This document shows positions 1 through 9,334 of a stretch of DNA of 31,051 bases, piece after piece; within the stretch, counting starts at the first letter, position 1, and each line of letters opens with the position of its first letter. The notes under the pieces were generated by a model. That model had not been told where the DNA came from. It searched no databases and saw only the letters and a program-made list of their open reading frames with translations. The translations under genes were made by a program, and so were the position numbers. Source of the stretch: Candidatus Methylomirabilia bacterium (GTDB lineage: Bacteria > Methylomirabilota > Methylomirabilia > Rokubacteriales > CSP1-6); NCBI GenBank assembly GCA_041492755.1, contig JBGPXN010000044.1, positions 1-31,051 on the forward strand, in the 5' to 3' direction.

Positions 1-1267
1 CGTAGTTCTGGCCGGTGGGCGTCGCGTACGGGAACGAGCTCGGCGGGATGAAGTTCTTGCGACGCACCTCTTCCGGCGTCTTGCCCAACTCGGCCGCGAT
101 GATGTCGACCATGCGCTCGAGGTAGTAGGCGGCTTCGGGCCGCCCGGCGCCGCGGTAAGCCGCGACGGTGGTCGTGTTCGTCAGCACGCACGTGGACTTG
201 AGATCGACGCTGGTGAACTTGTAGACGCCGACGCCCATGAAGAGCGTCAGATCCGGGATGAAGGTGAAGACGGGGTAGGCGCCGACGTTGGCCGTCACCT
301 TCATGCGCAGGGCGCTGATGGTGCCGTCGTCTTCGACGGCGGCTTCGAGGTCCGCCACCTGGGCGCGGCCGTGGGTCGTCGCCAGCATGTGCTCGACGCG
401 CGTCTCCACCCACTTGAGGGCCATGCGATGGTGGCGGGCGAGCGCAGTGAGGACGACGTCCTCCGCGTAGCAGCCGAACTTGATGCCGAAGCCGCCGCCC
501 ATGTCCGGGTTGATCACGCGGATCAGGTTCTGGTCCACGCCCAGGACGCTGGCGAGGTCGCTGCGGAGGTTGTGGGGCGCCTGGTGCGTCGCCCACACGA
601 CGATGCCGCCCGTCATCGGATCCGGCGCGGCCACACAGGCGCGCGCTTCGATCGAGATCCCCGCCAGACGCTGGCTCACCATCCGCTGCTTGACCACGCG
701 CTTGGCCTTCGCGAACACGGCATCGGGGTCGCCGGAGGTGATCTGGTTCTCGTGCTCGATGTTCCGGGGCGCGTCCGTGTGGAGCTGGGGCGCGCCGTCC
801 TTCATCGCCTCGAACACGTCGGTGACCGCGGGCAGCGGCTCCCAGTCCACCGCCACCGCCTCCACGCCGTCGTGCGCGGCGTAGTCCGATTCGGCGATGA
901 CCGCCGCCACCGCCTCGCCCACGTGCCGCACCACACTGGTCGAGAGCGCAAAGTGTTGGCGCCCGGGCGCGTCGCTGCTCGCGCCGCCCTCGGCGGAGGC
1001 GCTCGCCGGCGGGATGGGCTTCGCCCATTTGCGGATCTCTTCACCGGTCACGACCATCCGGACGCCGGCCACCTTCAGCGCCGCGCTTCCGTCGATGCGC
1101 CGGATGCGGGCGTGCGCGTGCGGACTGCGCACGAACGCCACCCACAGCATGCCGGACAGCGCCACGTCGGTGACGAACGTCGAGCTGCCGGTGATCAGGC
1201 GCGGGTCTTCCTTGCGCTTGACCTCGGCCCCCATGAGCTTGCTGGGAGTCGCGACGGTCGGGGTCAT
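1..1267 (-). CDS. Xanthine dehydrogenase family molybdopterin-binding large subunit (form II CoxL-like); runs off the left edge of the window
   Basis: Not in the ORF track because it has no stop in the window. Manual minus-strand translation from ATG at 1267 (AAGGA SD upstream) gives MTPTVATPSKLMGAEVKRKEDPRLITG...VRSPHAHARI...DMGGGFGIKFG...AYRGAGRPEAAYYLER. Confidence 0.93.
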   Translation of the reverse strand, partial: MTPTVATPSKLMGAEVKRKEDPRLITGSSTFVTDVALSGMLWVAFVRSPHAHARIRRIDGSAALKVAGVRMVVTGEEIRKWAKPIPPASASAEGGASSDAPGRQHFALSTSVVRHVGEAVAAVIAESDYAAHDGVEAVAVDWEPLPAVTDVFEAMKDGAPQLHTDAPRNIEHENQITSGDPDAVFAKAKRVVKQRMVSQRLAGISIEARACVAAPDPMTGGIVVWATHQAPHNLRSDLASVLGVDQNLIRVINPDMGGGFGIKFGCYAEDVVLTALARHHRMALKWVETRVEHMLATTHGRAQVADLEAAVEDDGTISALRMKVTANVGAYPVFTFIPDLTLFMGVGVYKFTSVDLKSTCVLTNTTTVAAYRGAGRPEAAYYLERMVDIIAAELGKTPEEVRRKNFIPPSSFPYATPTGQNY

Positions 1268-1388
1268 CTCGTTCCTTTCGGACGCAATCCTACACGGGAT
1301 GGCGAACCCGCGCCCGGCGCCCTCAGGCTCGTGGCCCGGTACAATGTCCGCGTCCGCTCTCCATTTCATGAACTGACGTCGATTTGCG

Positions 1389-2306
1389 ATGATGGAGCGC
1401 ATGAGCACGTCCCTCGAGCTCCGACTCGCCCCGATGGCCGCCGTCACGAACGTGCCGTTCCGGCTGGTGGCGCGCGAGTGCGGCGCCGGGCTCCTCACCA
1501 GCGAGGAGATCGACGCGCGCGCACTCGTCCACGACAACGCGCGCACCCGTGACCTCGCGCGCTTCCTGCCGGAGGAGCACCCCATCGCGCTCCAGCTGCT
1601 CGGCGCCGACCCCGACGTGCTCGCGGAGGCGGCCCGACGGCTGGAAGCGGCGGGCGCCGACGCCATCGACCTCAACATGGGGTGCCCGACGCCGAAGATC
1701 GTGGCCAAGGGACAGGGCGCGGCGCTCATGCGCGATCCGCTGGCCGCGGCCGTCGTGCTCCGGACCATGCGCAAGGCCATCCGGGTGCCGATCACGATCA
1801 AGATCCGGAGCGGCTGGGATGAGCGGACGGTGAACGCGGTGGAGATCGCCCGGATCGCCGACGAGGAAGGCGTGGAGGCCATCACCGTCCACCCGCGCAC
1901 ACGCGCGCAGCAATACACGGGACGGGCGCCGTGGGACGTCATCGCAGAGGTCGTCACGGCCGTCCGCATTCCCGTCACCGGCAACGGCGACGTCCGGAGC
2001 CGGGCCGATGCCGAGGCGATGCGCGCCGCCACCGGCTGCGCGGCCGTCATGATCGGCCGGGGCGCGCTGGGAACGCCCTGGGTGTTTCGCGCGACACCGC
2101 CCACACCCGAGGAGCGCGCGGCGATCATCTCGCGTCATTGCGCGCTGATCGAGGCCCACCTGCCCGAGCGCCTGGCGGTGGTGCAGCTCAAGAAGCACCT
2201 GGCGTGGTACTCGGCGGGACAGCCGTTCGGGGCGCGCCTGCGTCCACTCCTGTTCCAGGCCGCCGACCGCGCGAGTCTCTACGAGCTCTTCTGGAGCGCT
2301 TCGTGA
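1389..2306 (+). CDS. dusB: tRNA-dihydrouridine synthase (DusB-like)
   Basis: Motifs LAPMA, IDLNMGCP, KIRSGW, VHPRT, GNGDV, VMIGRG. Start may be 1389, 1392 or 1401. Confidence 0.9.
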   Translation: MMERMSTSLELRLAPMAAVTNVPFRLVARECGAGLLTSEEIDARALVHDNARTRDLARFLPEEHPIALQLLGADPDVLAEAARRLEAAGADAIDLNMGCPTPKIVAKGQGAALMRDPLAAAVVLRTMRKAIRVPITIKIRSGWDERTVNAVEIARIADEEGVEAITVHPRTRAQQYTGRAPWDVIAEVVTAVRIPVTGNGDVRSRADAEAMRAATGCAAVMIGRGALGTPWVFRATPPTPEERAAIISRHCALIEAHLPERLAVVQLKKHLAWYSAGQPFGARLRPLLFQAADRASLYELFWSAS

Positions 2307-2434
2307 CGCCCTGGAAGCCGGCGCGCGCCGGCCTGCAAGACCTCGACGTCCCCGTGTTCCAGGAGATCCCGCCCCGCCGGCCGGAACGGGCCATCGTCAC
2401 CGTCGCCGAGGAAGAGGCCGCCCAGCAGCACTGA
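2303..2434 (+). CDS. Possible 43-aa small ORF or gene remnant
   Basis: GTG overlaps the dusB TGA (GTGA). Codons are GC3-rich and host-like: (M)TPWKPARAGLQDLDVPVFQEIPPRRPERAIVTVAEEEAAQQH. Confidence 0.3.
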   Translation: MTPWKPARAGLQDLDVPVFQEIPPRRPERAIVTVAEEEAAQQH

Positions 2435-2476
2435 CCGGCCGGCCGGCGGCCGGTCGAGAGGCAAGGGGCACCGAGC

Positions 2477-2929
2477 ATGAAGCTGCGCCAGTTGTTCTTC
2501 GAGGATTTCACCCTGGGCGATCGGTTCGGCAGCCCGTCGAAGACGCTCACGGACGCGCACTTCATGTTCTTCGCGGGCATGACGGGCGACGCCCATCCCC
2601 TGCACTACGACGACGAGTACGCCAAGAAGACGCGGTTCGGGCGGCGGGTCGCCCACGGCCTCCTGCTCACCTCGATGACCGCACTCGGTGCCTCGACCCT
2701 GGCGCCCCTGGTCGAAGATTCGATCGTCGCCTTCGTGGGACAGACGACCCGATTCCTCGCTCCCGTCTTCATCGGCGACACCGTCCGGCCCGAGCACGAG
2801 GTGGCGGCCCTCGAACAGAAGAGCTCGGCCGGCCTCGTCACGATCAAGGTGACACTCACCAACCAGCGCGGCGAGACCGTGCTGGAGGGCGAGCACCACT
2901 ACCTGATCGCGCTCCGCCCCGTCGCGTGA
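2477..2929 (+). CDS. MaoC/PaaZ-like hot-dog fold dehydratase
   Basis: Motifs FAGMTGDAHPLHYD, RVAHG, FLAPVFIGDT. Confidence 0.9.
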   Translation: MKLRQLFFEDFTLGDRFGSPSKTLTDAHFMFFAGMTGDAHPLHYDDEYAKKTRFGRRVAHGLLLTSMTALGASTLAPLVEDSIVAFVGQTTRFLAPVFIGDTVRPEHEVAALEQKSSAGLVTIKVTLTNQRGETVLEGEHHYLIALRPVA

Positions 2930-3005
2930 GCGCCCGCGCGCGCCGGGACGCGTGGCGCCGGGACCGTCGCGTTTTGCCCCCGTGCGCGTGTTACCCTACC
3001 CCGCC

Positions 3006-4295
3006 GTGGACGAAAGCCGACCGTTCGCCGGGATCGAAGTCGTCGAGTTTGGACAGTTCATCGCGGTGCCGTTCTGCGCGCAGCTACTCGCGGAGGGCGG
3101 CGCGCACGTCATCAAGATCGAGGCGCCCGAGGGTGACCCGGTGCGCCAGCTCGCGCCGCTCACGCGCGGCGAGACGCGGCACTTCATCTCGCGCAATCGC
3201 GGCAAGCGCACGCTGCCGCTGGATCTCCGGCATGCCGGGGCCAAGGCCGTCATCGAGCGGCTGCTCGCCCGCGCCGACGTCGTCCTGACCAACTTCCGCC
3301 CCGGCCTGGCCGCCGAGCTCGGACTCGACGGTCCCACCCTCACCCAGAGTCACCCGCGGCTCATCGTCGGCAACGTCAGCGCATTCGGCGCGCTCGGGCC
3401 CGATGCGAAGCTCGCCGGGATGGACCTGGTGGTGCAGGCGCGCAGCGGATTCATGGCCGCGGTGCACGGGACGGGCGAGGGGTTGCCCGGCCGGGGCGAC
3501 AACCCGCCCGTGGCCGACTACATGTGCGCGATGACGCTGTCGTTCGGGATCGCGTCCGCGTTGCTCCGGCGCGAGCGCACCGGACGTGGCGGCGCGGTCG
3601 ACGTCTATCTCCTGATGGCCGCGCTCACGGTGCAGAACAACTCCTTCGTGCGCGTCGAGTCGGTCGACGGCCCGGCCCAGGCGCAGATGAGGGCGCAGCT
3701 CGCGGACCTGCGCGCGGCCGGACGTCCGTTCGAGGCGCAGGCGGCGCTGGCGCCGAAGACCCGGACGCCCGGGATGATCAGCGTCTACTACCGGACGTAC
3801 GCGACGAAGGACGCCGCGGTCGCGGTCGCGTGCGTGAGCTCGGGGCTGCAGCGCGCGCTCATGAAAGCGGTCGGGCTGACCGACCCGGCCCACGAGCGGC
3901 CGATCACCGACCGCGAGGCCCAGGTCAAGCACTATGCCGAGCTGGGCGCACGGATGGAGGCGCTCCTCGCGTCACGCACGGCGGCGGAGTGGAAGACCGT
4001 GTTCGACGCGCACGGCATTCCGGCCGGCGCCGTGAAGCTGCCGTTCGAGATGCTCGAAGACGAACAGGCGCTGGCCAACGGACTCTTCCACGACCTCGCC
4101 CATCCCACGATCGGAACGGTCCGTGTGCTGGCGCCGCCGGTCCGGCTGGACGGCGACGGGTTCCGCCCCCAGCCGGCCACGCCGGCGTTCGGCTCGCAGA
4201 CGCGCGCCATTCTCGGCGAGCTCGGATTCCCGGATGACGAAATCACGTCGTTGCTCGAGGCTGGTGTAACGCGCGACACGCTGGCCGGTCACTGA
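3006..4295 (+). CDS. CaiB/BaiF family (family III) CoA transferase
   Basis: Motifs GIEVVEF, GAHVIKIE..GD, NRGKRTL.LDL, ADVVLTNFRPG, D.VVQARSG. Start is best placed at GTG 3006, 8 nt after an extended -10 (TGtTACCCT); the ORF track gives 2952. Confidence 0.9.
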   Translation: MDESRPFAGIEVVEFGQFIAVPFCAQLLAEGGAHVIKIEAPEGDPVRQLAPLTRGETRHFISRNRGKRTLPLDLRHAGAKAVIERLLARADVVLTNFRPGLAAELGLDGPTLTQSHPRLIVGNVSAFGALGPDAKLAGMDLVVQARSGFMAAVHGTGEGLPGRGDNPPVADYMCAMTLSFGIASALLRRERTGRGGAVDVYLLMAALTVQNNSFVRVESVDGPAQAQMRAQLADLRAAGRPFEAQAALAPKTRTPGMISVYYRTYATKDAAVAVACVSSGLQRALMKAVGLTDPAHERPITDREAQVKHYAELGARMEALLASRTAAEWKTVFDAHGIPAGAVKLPFEMLEDEQALANGLFHDLAHPTIGTVRVLAPPVRLDGDGFRPQPATPAFGSQTRAILGELGFPDDEITSLLEAGVTRDTLAGH

Positions 4296-4318
4296 TCACC
4301 ACCCGCGATGGAGCTGAG

Positions 4319-6655
4319 ATGACGCCGATGATCGGACAATCCATCCCCCGCATCGAAGATCCGCGCCTGCTGCGCGGCCATGGCCGCTACTCCGACGACG
4401 TCACGCTTCCCCGGCAAGTCTACGCGCGGCTGGTGCGCTCACCGCACGCCCACGCGGCGATCCGGGGCATCGACGTGACGGCGGCGCGCTCGGCGCCCGG
4501 CGTGGTCGCCGTGCTCACGGGGGTCGAGCTCGAGAAGGACGGCGTCGGGACGTTGCCGGGCGACGGCTCGCGGAAGCGGCGTGACGGCACGCCGGCCGTG
4601 AGCACGCCACGCCGTGCGCTGGCCATCGATCGGGTCCGCCACGTCGGCGAGCCGGTCGTGATGGTCATCGCCGAGACGGCGGCGCAGGCCGCCGATGCGG
4701 CGGACTTCGTGCGCATCGACTGGGAGCCGCTCCCGAGCGTGACCGCGACCGCGGACGCCGGCCGCGGCGGCGGCGGCGCGGTCTGGGACGACGCTCCCGA
4801 CAACGTCGCCTTCGTCTGGCAGACGGGCCATCGCGAGGCGGCGGACCGCGGCATCGCCGGCGCCGCCCACGTGACGACGGTGGACCTCGTGGTATCGCGG
4901 GTGGCCGCGGCGCCCATGGAGCCGCGCGGAGCCGTCGGCGAGTGGGACGCGCGGACCAATCGCTACACCCTCTACACGGGCGTCCAGGGACCGCACGGGA
5001 TTCGCGGCCTGCTCGCCGACATCTTCCGCGTGCCGCAGAACCGCCTGCGCGTCCTGACCGCCGAAGTGGGCGGCAGCTTCGGGATGCGGAACGGCGTGTA
5101 TCCGGAGCTGGTGCTCGTGCTCTGGGCCGCGCGGCGCATCGGGCGGCCGGTGAAGTGGGTCTCCGACCGGCGCGAAGGCTTCGTGTCCGACGAGCACGGC
5201 CGCGACAACCTCACGCGCGTCGAGCTTGCCCTCGACCGTGACGGCCGGTTCCTCGCGCAGCGGGTTCGCACGACGCTCAACGTCGGCGCCTTTCTCACGC
5301 CGCGCAGCGCCGGGCCCGGCACCAACAACGTGGGGGGCCTGGCCGGCATGTACACGACGCCCGCGATTCACACCGAGGTCACCGGGGTCTTCACCCACAC
5401 GGTCCCGACCGGTCCGTACCGCGGCGCCGGGCGCCCCGAGGCGAGCTACGCGATCGAGCGGGCCATCGAGGTGGCCGCGCGCGAGCTCGGCATCGACGCG
5501 GTGGAGCTGCGGCGGCGCAACCTGATCCCACCGACGAAGATGCCGTTCAAGACCGGGCTGATCTTCACCTACGACTGCGGCGAGTTCGAGCGCGGCATGG
5601 ACATGGCGCTCAAGACGGCGGATGCCGCCGGCTTCGAGGCGCGCCGCGCGGAATCGCGTACGCGCGGCAAGCTGCGCGGGCTGGGACTCGCCAACTCGAT
5701 CGAGGTCGCGGCGGGGCCGTACACGCGCGTGATGTTCGACGTGGCCGAGATCCGCGTGAACCCCGACGGTTCCGTCATGGTCGTGGCCGGGTCGACGTCG
5801 ATGGGGCAGGGCAACGAGACCGCGTTCGCCCAGCTCGTGAGCGAACGCCTCGGCGTGCCGATGGACCGCATCCAGGTCTTCGCGGGCGACACCGACGCCA
5901 TCGAGGTCGGTCGCGGCAACGGCGGCTCGGGCGCGATGAGCGTCGGGGGCTCCGCGGTGCTCGGCGCCGCCGACAAGATCGTCGCCAAGGGCCGGCGCCT
6001 GGCCGCTCACCTGCTGGAAGCGGCGTCGGAGGACGTCGTGTTCAAGGACGGCCGCTTCAACGTCGCCGGCACCGACCGAGGAATGACACTCGCCGCCGTC
6101 GCGCGCGCCGCCTACCAGCCACAACCGTGGCCGGCGGGGATCGATCCCGGGCTCGCGGAGACCGGTGGCTTCATGCCGAGCGCCGTGAACTTTCCCAACG
6201 GCACGCACGTGTGCGAGGTCGAGGTTGACGCGGACACCGGCGTCACCAACATCGTCCGCTACTCCGTCGTCGACGACGTGGGGCGCATGGTCAACCCGAT
6301 GCTCGTGAAAGGCCAGATCCACGGCGGAATCGCGCAGGGCCTGGGGCAGGCGCTGTTCGAGACGATCGCCTACGACTCGCACAGCGGCCAGCTCCTGTCC
6401 GGCTCGTTCATGGACTACGCGATGCCCCGCGCCGACGACATGCCGCACTTCGACGTCGACTCGCACGAGGTGCCGACGCAAACCAACCCGCTCGGCGTCA
6501 AGGGCGTGGGCGAGGCGGGCACCGTCGGCTCGCTGCCGGCCGTGATCAACGCAGTGCACCACGCGCTGGCGCCCGTCGGCGTGCGTCACGTCGACATGCC
6601 GCTGACACCCGAGCGGGTCTGGCACGCCATCCGGGGTGCGGCGGCCAGCGCGTGA
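4319..6655 (+). CDS. Xanthine dehydrogenase family molybdopterin-binding large subunit (form II CoxL-like)
   Basis: Motifs IGQSIPRIEDPRLLRG, VGGSFG, PYRGAGRPEA, MGQGNET, GQIHGGIAQGLG, KGVGEAG. Confidence 0.93.
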   Translation: MTPMIGQSIPRIEDPRLLRGHGRYSDDVTLPRQVYARLVRSPHAHAAIRGIDVTAARSAPGVVAVLTGVELEKDGVGTLPGDGSRKRRDGTPAVSTPRRALAIDRVRHVGEPVVMVIAETAAQAADAADFVRIDWEPLPSVTATADAGRGGGGAVWDDAPDNVAFVWQTGHREAADRGIAGAAHVTTVDLVVSRVAAAPMEPRGAVGEWDARTNRYTLYTGVQGPHGIRGLLADIFRVPQNRLRVLTAEVGGSFGMRNGVYPELVLVLWAARRIGRPVKWVSDRREGFVSDEHGRDNLTRVELALDRDGRFLAQRVRTTLNVGAFLTPRSAGPGTNNVGGLAGMYTTPAIHTEVTGVFTHTVPTGPYRGAGRPEASYAIERAIEVAARELGIDAVELRRRNLIPPTKMPFKTGLIFTYDCGEFERGMDMALKTADAAGFEARRAESRTRGKLRGLGLANSIEVAAGPYTRVMFDVAEIRVNPDGSVMVVAGSTSMGQGNETAFAQLVSERLGVPMDRIQVFAGDTDAIEVGRGNGGSGAMSVGGSAVLGAADKIVAKGRRLAAHLLEAASEDVVFKDGRFNVAGTDRGMTLAAVARAAYQPQPWPAGIDPGLAETGGFMPSAVNFPNGTHVCEVEVDADTGVTNIVRYSVVDDVGRMVNPMLVKGQIHGGIAQGLGQALFETIAYDSHSGQLLSGSFMDYAMPRADDMPHFDVDSHEVPTQTNPLGVKGVGEAGTVGSLPAVINAVHHALAPVGVRHVDMPLTPERVWHAIRGAAASA

Positions 6656-6739
6656 CGTCGCGGTTGCCAGCCGAGGGCGCGCAGTCGGCCAACGCACACG
6701 AGCCCTGAGCGCGGGGCTGCCACCCAGAGGAGGATTGCG

Positions 6740-7273
6740 ATGCATCCCTGGCACGACGTCGAGCTCGGCGAGGACATCGAGCGGCACTTCCTCGCGATCA
6801 TCGAGATCCCCAAGGGCTCGAAGCTCAAGTACGAGCTCGACAAGAAGACGGGGATGCTGCGGCTGGATCGCGTGCTCTACAGCGCCGTCCACTATCCGGC
6901 GAACTACGGCTTCCTGCCCCAGACCTTCTGCGGCGACGACGATCCGCTCGACGTCCTCGTGCTCGGCCAGGAGCCGGTGGTGCCGCTCTGCGTCCTGCGC
7001 GCGCGGGCCATCGGCGTGCTCACGATGAGCGACGACAAGGGCCAGGACGACAAGATCATCGCCGTGCACGTGGACGACCCCGAGTACGCCGACTACCACG
7101 ACATCGCCGACCTGCCCCGCCACCGGCTGAAGGAGCTCGAGCGGTTCTTCCTCGACTACAAGATCCTCGAGAACAAGGCGGTGAACGTGGAGCAAATGCA
7201 CGGTCGCGCCGACGCCGAGCGCGTCATCCACGAGGCGGTGAAGCTCTATCGGCGGACCATCGTCGCGCGCTGA
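6740..7273 (+). CDS. ppa: Family I inorganic pyrophosphatase
   Basis: Motifs [51 protein letters not shown] upstream. Confidence 0.96.
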   Translation: MHPWHDVELGEDIERHFLAIIEIPKGSKLKYELDKKTGMLRLDRVLYSAVHYPANYGFLPQTFCGDDDPLDVLVLGQEPVVPLCVLRARAIGVLTMSDDKGQDDKIIAVHVDDPEYADYHDIADLPRHRLKELERFFLDYKILENKAVNVEQMHGRADAERVIHEAVKLYRRTIVAR

Positions 7274-7280
7274 ACCGCCG

Positions 7281-8189
7281 TCAGCGCTGGCCGACCCAGC
7301 CGGCGTCCGCCACTTCACGCCAGCGGGCGCGGATGCGCGCGCTCTCCTCGGCGGACAGCACGCCGGCCGCCGCGTGGGCGGCGTTCTCCGCCCAGCGCGC
7401 GGGCTTGGTGGTGCCGACGATCGCGGTGTGGACGCCGGGCTGGCTCACCGTGAAGCGCAACGCCCGCCCCACCGAGTCGGGCACCGGCAGACGAAGGAAG
7501 TCGTAGTCCAGGCGCGACAGCCGCGTCCAGTAGATGTGGTGATAGGGGTTCTTCGGCTTCCGGCCCGACCGCCACGCCGCGTTGGCGATCGGGCGCTTCG
7601 CGATGACGCCGACGCCGCGCGCCTGGGCCAGGGGCACGGTGAGGTCGAGCGCCTCCTGATCGGCGACGTTGATGGAGGTCTGCAGGGCGTCGAATCGCCC
7701 GCACTCGATGGCGTAGCGCGCCGCGCTTCCGTCCCCGCTGTAGCCGAGGTAGCGCGCGAGCCCGCGCTCGCGGGCGCGCTCGAGGGCGGCGATCACGTCG
7801 CCCTTGCGAAGATCGCTCTCGTCACATGAGTGCAGCTGGACGAGGTCGACGTGGTCGGTGCGGAGTCGACGCAGGCTGCGCTCGAGCGTCTTGAGGATCG
7901 ACTCCGGGCGCCAGTCCTCGCGGCCATAGCCTTGCGGGTGGCCGGACTTGGTGAACAGGTAGTATTCGCGCCGCCGTAGGCCGATGGCCTGACCGATCAG
8001 GTCCTCGCTCGACTCGTAGCACTCCGCGGTGTCGATGACGTTGAGCCCGCTGTCGATGGCCGCGCCGAGCAGGCGCGCGACCGTCGCCGCCGACACCCGT
8101 TCGTAGCCGATCTCCGAGCCGCCGAAGCCCAGGATGCTGACCTCCATGTCGGTCCGGCCAAGTCGTCGCCGTTCGAGCGCCGCCGCCAT
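7281..8189 (-). CDS. Aldo/keto reductase
   Basis: Motifs RRLGRT...LGFG, IDTAECY, FTK, SLRRLRTDHVDLVQLH. Confidence 0.9.
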   Translation of the reverse strand: MAAALERRRLGRTDMEVSILGFGGSEIGYERVSAATVARLLGAAIDSGLNVIDTAECYESSEDLIGQAIGLRRREYYLFTKSGHPQGYGREDWRPESILKTLERSLRRLRTDHVDLVQLHSCDESDLRKGDVIAALERARERGLARYLGYSGDGSAARYAIECGRFDALQTSINVADQEALDLTVPLAQARGVGVIAKRPIANAAWRSGRKPKNPYHHIYWTRLSRLDYDFLRLPVPDSVGRALRFTVSQPGVHTAIVGTTKPARWAENAAHAAAGVLSAEESARIRARWREVADAGWVGQR

Positions 8190-8192
8190 GGC

Positions 8193-9293
8193 TCAATCCG
8201 AGCGGCCGCGCCCGCTGATCGTCCAGACGTCCTCCACCTTCGATCCGCGCACGGCCCAGACGCGGTCATAGAGATTGAACGTGGGATCGCAGTGCGGCGG
8301 AAAGAACTCGATCAGCTCGCCCAGCCGGGGCACGCGATCGGCGTCGGTGACGACGAGACGGCCGTGCTCGTCGCCGGCGAATTCGTAGCGCACGCCCGGC
8401 CGCTCGACGGCCTCCGGTGGAAACGGCTTGTCGGTGGAGAAGGCCTTGAGGCCGGCGTCGACCATCGCCCGGTCGCGGGTCGGAACGCTGACCACGGTGG
8501 CCACCACCGTGAGCGCCATCTCGAACTCGGTCAGCGCTTCGCCCCCGCGACCACCGATGCGGTGATACTCGATGTCCATCACGCAATACGAGCCCGACTG
8601 CAGCTCGGTGAGGCCATCGAGCCCGACGTCGATGTCCCAGGTGCCCGTGGAGCCTCCGGCCACGATCTCCACGGGCAGGCCCTCCGCCTCCAGCCGCCGG
8701 CGGGTCTCCATGAGCGGCGCCATGTTCTCGAGCGACCTCTCGCGCCGCGCCGCCCAGCCCATCACGTGCGCGCAGTGTCCCGCGTAGCCCTGAAGCCCGC
8801 GCAGTCGCAGCGACGGCCGCCCGGCGATGGCGCGCGCGAGCGCAACCGCGGGCGCGCCGGGCAGCACCCCGGTGCGCCGATTGCCGACGTCGACGTCCAC
8901 CAAGACGTTCAGCACGACGCCGGCGCTGGCCGCGGCCTGGGCGAGCGCCGCGACGTTCTCGGAGTTGTCCACGACGACCATCGTGTCCGGCGCGCGGCCG
9001 ACGAGGGTCATCAGCCGCAATATGCTCGAGGGCGGAACCACTTCCGTCGTGATGAGCAGGCCGCGGATGCCGGCTTCCGCCATCACCTCCGCTTCGCCGA
9101 GCTTCGCGCACGCGACCCCGAGGGCGCCGGCCGCGATCTGTCGGCGCGCGATCTCCGGACACTTGTGGGTCTTGGCGTGCGGCCTGAGCCCCTTGCCGGC
9201 GCTCCGCGTGTGGGCGGCCATGCGGTCGAGGTTGCGGGTGAAGCGGTCGAGGTCGAGCAGCAGCGCCGGGGTGGGGATCTCGTCGCGGTTCAT
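8193..9293 (-). CDS. DSD1 / D-threonine aldolase family fold-III PLP enzyme
   Basis: Motifs TPALLLDL, LRPHAKTHK (PLP lysine), GLQGYAGH, GGSTGT, DAGLKA, DEHG, PPHCDPT. Start at ATG 9293, because the longer ORF overlaps the divergent gene. Confidence 0.9.
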   Translation of the reverse strand: MNRDEIPTPALLLDLDRFTRNLDRMAAHTRSAGKGLRPHAKTHKCPEIARRQIAAGALGVACAKLGEAEVMAEAGIRGLLITTEVVPPSSILRLMTLVGRAPDTMVVVDNSENVAALAQAAASAGVVLNVLVDVDVGNRRTGVLPGAPAVALARAIAGRPSLRLRGLQGYAGHCAHVMGWAARRERSLENMAPLMETRRRLEAEGLPVEIVAGGSTGTWDIDVGLDGLTELQSGSYCVMDIEYHRIGGRGGEALTEFEMALTVVATVVSVPTRDRAMVDAGLKAFSTDKPFPPEAVERPGVRYEFAGDEHGRLVVTDADRVPRLGELIEFFPPHCDPTFNLYDRVWAVRGSKVEDVWTISGRGRSD

Positions 9294-9334
9294 GGAGTCG
9301 GACTCTATCACGGTGGTGTTAAACTCCACGGGCC

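Noticed and set aside
1..6655. Aerobic CO dehydrogenase (coxL form I)
   Set aside because: The active-site motif is xYRGAGR rather than AYxCSFR, and no coxMS or accessory genes are visible.
6656..6739. Possible riboswitch (fluoride or SAH type) upstream of ppa
   Set aside because: Only short GC hairpins are present, and the consensus nucleotides of those riboswitches are not matched.
4439..7318. 959-aa minus-strand ORF, and similar long antisense ORFs (371..1552, 22398..24605, 24599..26314, 8292..9551)
   Set aside because: Shadow frames of real high-GC genes on the other strand or in another frame. They have Arg/Ala/His-rich composition and no family motifs.
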